Of a stretch of 64,000 nt of DNA, positions 23,597-31,050 are shown piece after piece (the stretch's first letter is position 1; each line of letters starts with the position of its first letter). The notes under the pieces were generated by a model. The model was not told where the DNA came from. It searched no databases and worked only from the letters and a program-made list of their open reading frames with translations. A program made the translations under genes and the position numbers. Source of the DNA: Candidatus Micrarchaeota archaeon (GTDB lineage Archaea > Micrarchaeota > Micrarchaeia > Norongarragalinales > Norongarragalinaceae); contig JACPGT010000002.1 of assembly GCA_016188965.1 (NCBI GenBank), positions 245,852 through 309,851 of the forward strand, given 5' to 3'.

Positions 23597-24334
23597 TTAC
23601 CGTACGAATTGGATGCCTTCCCGGGTCCTTACGGCCACGGCCGGAATCAGGTTGCGCACCACCATGGCCAAGTCGGCCAAGGACTTGTGCGGCGTTTCGG
23701 GCAAGGCCTTGTAGTCGGGGTTGACCAGTTCGCCGTCGGGCACGAACTGCTGGAGGATGAACAAGTCGCAGTACTTGCGGACGTAGGAGGCGACGTTTTC
23801 AACGGCGTCCGGCGAGTCGTTCTGACCTGGCACGACCGTCATGCGGATTTCCTTGAAAACCGGGTACTCCGTGGATTCGACGAAGGCCAGCGTCTTGTAG
23901 ATCTGCATCAGCGCCAAGTCGCCTTTGATGCCCGTCATGCGGCTGTAGGCGTCAGCATCAAGCATGGTCTTGACGTCGATGCAGAGATAGTCAGTCCAAG
24001 GCAGCGCGGTGCGCACGCTTTCGGGAAAATAGCCGGACGTCTCGACTTTCGTCTTGATGCCGGCGCCCTTGAGTTGCCGGAATAGCTGGATCATGGCGTT
24101 GGCCTGTACGAACGGTTCGCCGCCCTTGATGGATACGGCTTGCGTCTGCTTGTGTTGGAAATAAGCCGCCAAGGCGTCGACCTCCTTGATTTCGCACGTC
24201 TTGGTGTGCAGCAGGTCCGGCACGTTGCAGTACCCGCAGCGCAGGGGGCAGCCGCCGAGGTAGACGATGTCCGTCATGTAGGGTTGGTATTCTTCGCGGC
24301 TGTCGGCCACTAGGCTTGCCAGTTTGAGGTGCAT
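23597..24334 (-). CDS. Radical SAM activase-like protein (PflA/NrdG-like), orphan
   Basis: GGCPLRCGYCNVPD (CxxxCxxC) and GGEP; 245 aa. No glycyl-radical enzyme gene is adjacent. Confidence 0.65.
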   Translation of the reverse strand: MHLKLASLVADSREEYQPYMTDIVYLGGCPLRCGYCNVPDLLHTKTCEIKEVDALAAYFQHKQTQAVSIKGGEPFVQANAMIQLFRQLKGAGIKTKVETSGYFPESVRTALPWTDYLCIDVKTMLDADAYSRMTGIKGDLALMQIYKTLAFVESTEYPVFKEIRMTVVPGQNDSPDAVENVASYVRKYCDLFILQQFVPDGELVNPDYKALPETPHKSLADLAMVVRNLIPAVAVRTREGIQFVR

Positions 24335-24378
24335 GGATGCAAGTAGGGGTGTCTTCGAGGTAAAAAACGCTTCGGCTC

Positions 24379-25677
24379 TTACCGGCGTCGGATGACCCAG
24401 ATGCGCGTGGGGCTGTCCGGATCCGACGTGAGGTGGCTTTCAAAGGCAAGCCGGGCGCCGTCCGGCGAGGCCGCCGGCGCGCCGTCTTCTACGGATGGTT
24501 CTAACGTTTCTTGGCGGCCTTTGTCCGCAACCAGGTCGTATGAGAAGATTTTCGCCTGGGGAAAACGTTCATCTTCCGACGAATAGACGATTTCGCGCTC
24601 CGAGGCCCAGGACGCGTCCGTACCGCCTTGCGTCGGCAAGTCGAGGGTTTCCAACGTGCCGTCCGGCTGGCGGATCGTGAGGCGGAATGGGTTTTCTTCC
24701 GCCGTGCCGGTCCGCCGCTGGAACAACACGCGTCCGTCCGCGGGGTTGAATTGCGGCAGGCGGTTATCCGCTCCGTCATCGACCAGGGGTTGGATGTTGC
24801 CTGAAAAGTCGGTGACGAAGATGGAGCTGCTTTCATTGCCGCCGCGGTGCATTTCAAAGGCGATGGCTTCGCCGTCGCTGGAAACGGACGGCTCGAAGAG
24901 TGCGTCCATTCCCTGATGCGTGATGCGAGTCCGGGTTTTTGTCTCCAATTGCGTGCACCAGATTTCGTCCGTATCCTCGACGTCAGACGCATAGCAGATT
25001 TGCTTCTTGTCCGGCGTGAACGGGTTGCCGTTGGTGTTGACGTTCTGCGCCTCGTCCTGCCAGATGACGAATTCCGTGAGGTTGTCCAGGTATACTCCCA
25101 TGATCGCCGCCGGTCCTTGGTTGTAGCCGTCGGCAAAACGCGTGAAGACCAGCGTGTCCTCGTCCAGGAAGGCGGGGTTCTGATCGCTTCCGCCGCCATC
25201 GGTCAGGCGCATGGCGCCGTCTTTGCGCAATTCACGCCCGCCGATGCTGCCGGACCCTGTTGCCACTATCGTAGTCTGGACGCGGTCCGAATCGGGCCAT
25301 TCTTCCAGCGCCGGCTGCGGACTGTTTTCGTCGGGCCACGGCGTGGCTTCCGTGATATTCTGGCTGTCGGATTCCGGCGTGTTGCAGTGGCAGGGATAGG
25401 TGCGGATTCCAATGCTGAACGTGCCGTTTTCATTGAATGGTCCGTTTCCAGGTCGGTCCGGTTGCGGCAAGTAGCAGGTTGAAGCGCTGAGGGCAGCTTT
25501 CAGGCATGCCGAGCGGTCCAGCCCCGTGGCGGCCGATGTCGTATTGAAGGTGGTGTTGGACGTGGCGTTCGTGTTGAATGGGGAAACCGGCATCTGCGTG
25601 AGGCCGAACCAGATGACGGCTGCCAACAGGAGACCGGCCATGAGGCCCAGGAGCCAGGACGATTGCGCGCGAACCAT
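24379..25677 (-). CDS. TolB-like beta-propeller (PD40 repeat) protein with an N-terminal anchor
   Basis: Start at ATG 25677 (MVRAQSSWLLGLMAGLLLAAVIW). Repeated DG..IAF... / P.F.P.DG..L.F motifs. The upstream part of the ORF track looks non-coding. Confidence 0.65.
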   Translation of the reverse strand: MVRAQSSWLLGLMAGLLLAAVIWFGLTQMPVSPFNTNATSNTTFNTTSAATGLDRSACLKAALSASTCYLPQPDRPGNGPFNENGTFSIGIRTYPCHCNTPESDSQNITEATPWPDENSPQPALEEWPDSDRVQTTIVATGSGSIGGRELRKDGAMRLTDGGGSDQNPAFLDEDTLVFTRFADGYNQGPAAIMGVYLDNLTEFVIWQDEAQNVNTNGNPFTPDKKQICYASDVEDTDEIWCTQLETKTRTRITHQGMDALFEPSVSSDGEAIAFEMHRGGNESSSIFVTDFSGNIQPLVDDGADNRLPQFNPADGRVLFQRRTGTAEENPFRLTIRQPDGTLETLDLPTQGGTDASWASEREIVYSSEDERFPQAKIFSYDLVADKGRQETLEPSVEDGAPAASPDGARLAFESHLTSDPDSPTRIWVIRRR

Positions 25678-25793
25678 GCTTCTGGCAATGGGTGGTCGTT
25701 CACTTAATCGTTTGGTGTGCGTGTGGATTCGCGCATATCCGCCGGCGGCAAACGTATATATTGGACTTCCCATATTTATTGTTCTTGGAAAAG

Positions 25794-26471
25794 GTGGTCT
25801 TATTGAAGAACGTCGCGCCGCACAGCGTGGAAAGCATCGGAGCGGAATCCGGCATCGATTTGAGCAAGTTCGGGAAACCCGCTTCGGACGAAGCGGTGGC
25901 CAAAACGGTCGAATCCCTGAAGAAGAACGGGTTTGACGTCGTCGTGCTGGATACGGCGGCGGATGCATTGGCCGAGCTGAAAAAACGCATCCCGCCCGGC
26001 GCCGAGGTGTACAACGGTTCGTCCACCACGTTGGCCGAAATCGGTTTTGTCGACTACCTCAAGAACGGAGCGCACGGCTGGAACAACCGCCACGCCGCCG
26101 TGATGGCGGAAACGGACTGGCCCAAGCAGGCGGAACTGCGGCGGTTGGCGACCACGTCAGAATACTTTCTGTCCAGCGCGCAGGCCATCACGCAGAACGG
26201 CGAAATCGCCGGCTGCGACGCCTCCGGCTCGCGCGTGGGATCTTGGCTCTTTTCAGCAAAGCATCTGGTCATCGTGGCGGGTGCGAACAAGATCGTTCCG
26301 GACATCATGGCGGCCATGGTGCGCATCGCGGAACACGCCTACCCGCTTGAGAACGTCCGGGCGCAGAAAGTGTACGGCCAAGGAAGCAAGGTGGCCAAAA
26401 TCGCGGTCCTGAATTCGGATGCGCCGGGCCGCACCGCGGTCCTTCTGGTCAAGGAAGCGCTGGGTTATTAG
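25794..26471 (+). CDS. LUD-domain (YkgG/LutC-like, DUF162) protein; start uncertain
   Basis: C-terminal pattern SSAQAITQNGEIAGCDASGSRVG...HLVIVAGANKIVPD. GTG 25794 or TTG 25803 follows the TATA-like tatata at 25755-25760. Confidence 0.5.
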   Translation: MVLLKNVAPHSVESIGAESGIDLSKFGKPASDEAVAKTVESLKKNGFDVVVLDTAADALAELKKRIPPGAEVYNGSSTTLAEIGFVDYLKNGAHGWNNRHAAVMAETDWPKQAELRRLATTSEYFLSSAQAITQNGEIAGCDASGSRVGSWLFSAKHLVIVAGANKIVPDIMAAMVRIAEHAYPLENVRAQKVYGQGSKVAKIAVLNSDAPGRTAVLLVKEALGY

Positions 26472-26489
26472 CCGGTTTTCGCAGAAGGG

Positions 26490-26987
26490 TTGCGGACTAT
26501 GTCTGAAGCTGAATTTGAAAAAGCAAAGGCCATCTTTGAGGCCGCGGGCGTTCCGTTCGAAGTACTTGAACACGAGCCGACGCGCACCAGCCAGGAGTCC
26601 GCCCAGGCGCGCGGTTCGCGTCTCTCGCAAGGCGTCAAATCCATGCTGGTCAAGTTCACCCGCAAAGGCTCGGATTTTTTCGTCATGGTCAACGTGCCGG
26701 CGGACAAGCGGCTCGATCTGAAGAAGGTCAAGGCTGTTTTGCAGGCGCAGGAGGCTCGGCTTGCGTCTGTAGCGGACGTGGTCGAGCAGACGGGTTGCGA
26801 ACTGGGCGCCGTGCCGCCGGTGGGCCACAAGAACAGGTTGGCGGTACTGGTGGATTTGAAGGTCTTCGACGAGGACGTGGTGGAGTTCAACGCGGGCCTC
26901 ACGACCAAATCCATCCGCCTCAAGTCGGCCGACTTTCGGGCCGCCCTCAAGAAGATGGGCGCGGCGGGCTTCGACTTAACGGAATGA
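26490..26987 (+). CDS. YbaK/ProX-type aminoacyl-tRNA deacylase domain protein
   Basis: Pattern VKSMLVK...FVMVNVPADKRLDLKKV...TGCELGAVPPVGH is typical of the YbaK/EbsC family. Confidence 0.7.
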   Translation: MRTMSEAEFEKAKAIFEAAGVPFEVLEHEPTRTSQESAQARGSRLSQGVKSMLVKFTRKGSDFFVMVNVPADKRLDLKKVKAVLQAQEARLASVADVVEQTGCELGAVPPVGHKNRLAVLVDLKVFDEDVVEFNAGLTTKSIRLKSADFRAALKKMGAAGFDLTE

Positions 26988-27012
26988 TTCGATTCAAAAG
27001 TCGTCCGTTGCG

Positions 27013-27624
27013 TCATGCTCTTTTCTGCTGTCGGAGGCTTTCCATCAGTGTTGAGCGTCTCCAAGCCGGGCTGCTTTCGGATGTCCTGAATCCCGCTCTC
27101 AACAGGTTCGGATACTGGATCATGCGCCAAACGTCGGGTTTGAACGGGATGGCCGACTTGAATTTTTTGAACCGGTATTTTGATATGTGAATGGTCTTGA
27201 CGTCGCCGGCCGGTCTTCCGAAACGCACGCCTTTTAGGAATCGTTTTCCGTTGGTCTCTTCTGTAAACCGGTTGTTGAACATGTTGATGGCTCCGTCCGA
27301 CGGTTCTCCTACGAACGTCAGCTTCCGATCATTTCGATGTTCTACGTATGCCCGCAGGATGGCTTCGGCGGGCGTGTGGCCTATTTCCTTGAGGAATTCA
27401 CGGTCGTTTCTGCCGTTGAAATGGAGGATGTTGTGGTCCTTGTCCAAGACGATGGCGGCAATAATCCGGTCATCTTTCAGCAATGCGACCGGACGGCCGT
27501 CGGTAAGCATGAAATCCATGTGCACTTCCGACGCGCCTTCTTTGCGATTCAGTACGGCAATCATTTGTTTCTGCTGATGGGCGGTGAGGTCGTCAAAATG
27601 ACGGTACGCGCAGCGTTCGATCAT
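27013..27624 (-). CDS. Hypothetical protein (203 aa)
   Basis: ORF with plausible composition; no motif recognised. Confidence 0.45.
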   Translation of the reverse strand: MIERCAYRHFDDLTAHQQKQMIAVLNRKEGASEVHMDFMLTDGRPVALLKDDRIIAAIVLDKDHNILHFNGRNDREFLKEIGHTPAEAILRAYVEHRNDRKLTFVGEPSDGAINMFNNRFTEETNGKRFLKGVRFGRPAGDVKTIHISKYRFKKFKSAIPFKPDVWRMIQYPNLLRAGFRTSESSPAWRRSTLMESLRQQKRA

Positions 27625-27650
27625 CGGATTCGTTGTTGGTATCGGCGCGC

Positions 27651-28739
27651 TTATTTCTTATAGATTTGGAAGACGTCTTCGTCCTGCAATACGTGGGTGA
27701 GGCCGACTTTCTGCCCCGGATGCTTGGCCGACTTTCCCCACACGAGCGCGTATTTGAACAGCGAGCGCATGTCGCGGTGGATTTGGTCGCACACGTCGGC
27801 GATGGTGGTGCCGGTCTTGACCAGCATGGGGTCGTCCTTGTCTACGCCCTTGAAGCGCGTTTTGGTGTATACGCGGATGAGTTGGAGTTTCTGGTAGATG
27901 GTCTCCTTGAGCGTCTCGAGGTTCTGCGAATTCTGCGCCGAGATGGGGATGTAGTCGAACGGCAATCCGTCCAGCTTGCCGGGCGAGGCTAAGTCCACCT
28001 TGTTGACGACGACCAGTGACGGGATGTATTTGCGGTTGCCGACCAGGACGTCAATCAGCTGGTCCACGGTTGCGTCCTGGCGGATGGTGACGGAGCCGTT
28101 GAAGATGCCGTATTCGTTGACGATGCTGGTGACGAGCCGCTCGTCCAGCTGGCTTTGTTTCTTGGTGAACGCGATGTCCAGGCCGCCGCGCAGGATGGGC
28201 TCGATCTTGATGTCTGGAGGCGGTTCGTCCAATCGGATGCCGATGCCTTCCAGCTCGCCTTTGAGGCGGTCGACGTACGTCGGGTCGAACACGTCGACGA
28301 TCAGCAATACGAGGTCGGCGTTGCGGGCCACGGCCAGGATTTCGCGTCCGCGGCCCACGCCGGTCTTGGCGCCGGCGATGATGCCCGGCAGGTCCAATAG
28401 TTGGATTTGGGCGCCTTTGTAGTGCAGGATGCCAGGGATGCACGTCAGGGTGGTGAACGCGTACGCGGCCATCTTGCTTTTGGCGCCGGTCATGGCGTTC
28501 AAAAGCGTGGATTTGCCTACTGAAGGTAAACCGATGAACACGACAGTGGCATTGCCGGCTTTCTTTACGGCAAACCCGCTGGACCCTCCGCCTTTTCCTT
28601 TGCCGCCTCCGGAGACTTGTTCCTTCTTGAGTTTAGCCAATTTGGCCTTGAGCAGGCCCAGGTGGTGTTCGGTGGCCTTGTTCTTCTGGGTCTTGGCCAT
28701 CTGGCTTTCGATTTCGGTGATTTTTTCGGTGATGCCCAT
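27651..28739 (-). CDS. Developmentally regulated GTP-binding protein (DRG/OBG-like GTPase with a TGS domain)
   Basis: Start at ATG 28739 (MGITEKI...). G1 GLPSVGKST, G3 DLPG, G4 NKVD; C-terminal TGS-like region. The upstream ORF-track extension is Arg-rich and looks non-coding. Confidence 0.85.
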   Translation of the reverse strand: MGITEKITEIESQMAKTQKNKATEHHLGLLKAKLAKLKKEQVSGGGKGKGGGSSGFAVKKAGNATVVFIGLPSVGKSTLLNAMTGAKSKMAAYAFTTLTCIPGILHYKGAQIQLLDLPGIIAGAKTGVGRGREILAVARNADLVLLIVDVFDPTYVDRLKGELEGIGIRLDEPPPDIKIEPILRGGLDIAFTKKQSQLDERLVTSIVNEYGIFNGSVTIRQDATVDQLIDVLVGNRKYIPSLVVVNKVDLASPGKLDGLPFDYIPISAQNSQNLETLKETIYQKLQLIRVYTKTRFKGVDKDDPMLVKTGTTIADVCDQIHRDMRSLFKYALVWGKSAKHPGQKVGLTHVLQDEDVFQIYKK

Positions 28740-28948
28740 GGTGTGTTGATCCTGAACGTGATCGCGTGGAATTCTTGACTTCGATTTTTTTTCGGTGTTG
28801 AAGAAGACGGCGGCGTGCGTTTTTAGCCCTTGCTTTAGCCGCCCTTGGCTTACCGTGCAGATGGTGTTCGCGCTGCCATAATACCCTGTGGATTGGGCTG
28901 CGTCAATCCGTTTTACTCCTGTGCAAGCGCGGCGTTGGCGGCTGCCGG

Positions 28949-29944
28949 TCAGATCTTGAGCCAGTAGACCGCCAAGGCCAGAAGTCCGGACAGCACGAAG
29001 AACGAAAGCATGGTCAACACCAAGGCCGGCTCGCGCATGGGTCTTTTCGAGAGGACGAAATAGCCCAGGATGTAGCGTTCGGCGCCGGACGGAGGCGACA
29101 GCGTGCCATCCGCGTGGATGACGGGGTTGTGGCAGGCTTCGCGGCGCTTGATTTTCTTGAGGCCGTAGTACAGCGTGGCGAACAATTCGTAGAACGCTGG
29201 CAGCAGGATGATGACGCCGTATTTTTCCATGTTGCCCAGGATGACGGCGACGGCCAGGCTGGCGCCGATGATGAGCGTGCCGATGTCCGCGGGAAACACC
29301 TTGGCCGGAAACCAGTTGAACTTCAGGAATGCCAGGCATGCTCCGAGCATCGCGGCCAGGATGACGGCCGACGCCGTGGCGCCCGCGCTCCAGGCGATGA
29401 CCAACAGGAATGCCGAGCATATGGCGCCGATGCCCGCTTCAAAGCCGTTGTAACCGGCGTTCATGTTGACTGCGTTGGCCGCCCCGGTCAACCCCAGCGG
29501 GATGAGGATGAACGTGTAGACCAGCCCCAGGTTGACCGCGCCTACGTAGGGCAGCACCAAGGTGGTGTCGCCGGCGGTGATGGCAATCAGCGGCAGTGCT
29601 CCGATGACCGGCAGGACGATCTTCATGCCGTGGGAAATCCGGAAGATGTCGTCGTAAAGGCCGATGATGGCCAGGATTGATACGCTGGCCACGCCGGCTA
29701 AAAGCTGGGTGAACAGCTGGAAGTCCTGGTCGATGTACGTCAGGATGAGGACGGCCGACAGGACGGCGAATGCGAATCCGAAGTAGAGGATGATGCCGCC
29801 TAAGTTGGCCACGGCGGGCCGGTCCGCTTTGTTGATGTCCGCGGCGGTGATTTTCTTCCGCTGTGCGCTTGCGATGAACCGTGGCAGCGTCGCGTAGGTG
29901 ACGATGAGGGCGACCAGAAGAACGATTCCGGGAAGCAGGGTCAT
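28949..29944 (-). CDS. UDP-GlcNAc:dolichyl-phosphate GlcNAc-1-phosphate transferase-like (GT4 MraY/WecA/AglH family)
   Basis: Polytopic protein with a family pattern resembling WecA/Alg7 (NAVNMNAGYNGFEAG, FPADIG). Confidence 0.75.
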   Translation of the reverse strand: MTLLPGIVLLVALIVTYATLPRFIASAQRKKITAADINKADRPAVANLGGIILYFGFAFAVLSAVLILTYIDQDFQLFTQLLAGVASVSILAIIGLYDDIFRISHGMKIVLPVIGALPLIAITAGDTTLVLPYVGAVNLGLVYTFILIPLGLTGAANAVNMNAGYNGFEAGIGAICSAFLLVIAWSAGATASAVILAAMLGACLAFLKFNWFPAKVFPADIGTLIIGASLAVAVILGNMEKYGVIILLPAFYELFATLYYGLKKIKRREACHNPVIHADGTLSPPSGAERYILGYFVLSKRPMREPALVLTMLSFFVLSGLLALAVYWLKI

Positions 29945-30057
29945 GGGTACTTCGTTTCTCGCGTTCTTACCGCTTTTTCAGTCCGGGCAGCTCAAACGAG
30001 CGGGTAGCCGCGTTGGGGGTTAGGCGGCCATCGTCTCGTTTTTTAACCCCGACCGGT

Positions 30058-30079
30058 AATGTAAAGTATTGTTTACATT
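30058..30079. promoter_or_regulatory. Palindrome AATGTAAA-gtattg-TTTACATT in a divergent promoter region
   Basis: Read directly. It lies 3 nt upstream of the TATA-like ttttttatagg (30083-30093) and 27 nt upstream of ATG 30106. Confidence 0.6.
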
Positions 30080-30105
30080 TGTTTTTTATAGGTGCGGTTC
30101 AGCCC

Positions 30106-30996
30106 ATGGTCAGCCCTTTGTCAAAGCCCCGCGTTTTGCTTACTGGCGGTGCCGGTTTCATCGGCCGGCACGTAGCCGCCGCCTTCGAGTCAACGCATGA
30201 CGTCCGCATTCTCGACTTGGCGGCGTCCGGCCCGGACCGAGGGGACGTGTCAAACGAGCGGGACGTGGCGCGTGCCATGCATGGCGGCGTGGACTGCGTT
30301 ATCCACTTGGCCGCTCTGGCCAGCGTGCAGAAGTCTTTGCAGGAGCCGGAAACGGCCCGCCGCTGGAACGTGGACGGGACCCGCATCGTGCTGGAGCAGG
30401 CCTTGGCTGCCGGAGTGCGCAGCGTGGTGTTCGCATCGTCCTGCGCGGTATACGGCGACGCTGCGCCTCCTCTGCAGGAGGATGTACCGGTCAGCCCGCT
30501 TTCCTTGTACGCCGAGACCAAAGTCGCCGGCGAGCAGTTGTGCCGGGCTTTTTCGCAACGCGGTTTGAATGCCTGCGTGCTGCGTCTGTTCAACGTCTAC
30601 GGTGCCGGACAGAGACCGGATTCGGATTACGCGGCGGTGATTCCGGCTTTCCTGCATGCGGCGCGCGCAGGCCGCCCCTTGACCATTTACGGCGATGGCC
30701 TTCAGAGCCGGGATTTCGTATCCGTCGACGACGTGGTGGGCGCCATCCGCAAGGCCTCCGTCTTGCCCCAGCGTTTCGGCATCTTCAACGTCGGCTCCGG
30801 CCGGCCCACGACCGTGCTGGATTTGGCCACCCAAATCAAGGCCGCCACTACGTCGGCGTCCCCCGTCGTGCATGCCGCGGCGCGGGCCAATGAAGTGCGG
30901 CAATCCTGGGCGGATACGCGGCTGGCTGAATTGGAACTGGGCTTCAAGGCAATCGTTGGCCTGGATGACGGCCTGGCCGCGTTGGCACGCCGCTGA
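30106..30996 (+). CDS. NAD-dependent epimerase/dehydratase (UDP-sugar 4-epimerase-like)
   Basis: LLTGGAGFIGRH Rossmann motif and YAETK (YxxxK). Start at ATG 30106. Confidence 0.75.
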   Translation: MVSPLSKPRVLLTGGAGFIGRHVAAAFESTHDVRILDLAASGPDRGDVSNERDVARAMHGGVDCVIHLAALASVQKSLQEPETARRWNVDGTRIVLEQALAAGVRSVVFASSCAVYGDAAPPLQEDVPVSPLSLYAETKVAGEQLCRAFSQRGLNACVLRLFNVYGAGQRPDSDYAAVIPAFLHAARAGRPLTIYGDGLQSRDFVSVDDVVGAIRKASVLPQRFGIFNVGSGRPTTVLDLATQIKAATTSASPVVHAAARANEVRQSWADTRLAELELGFKAIVGLDDGLAALARR

Positions 30997-31050
30997 ACTT
31001 CGTTTCCCTATTTTTTTGTGCTTTCGCTTTGGGCCCATGCTTTTGACAGG

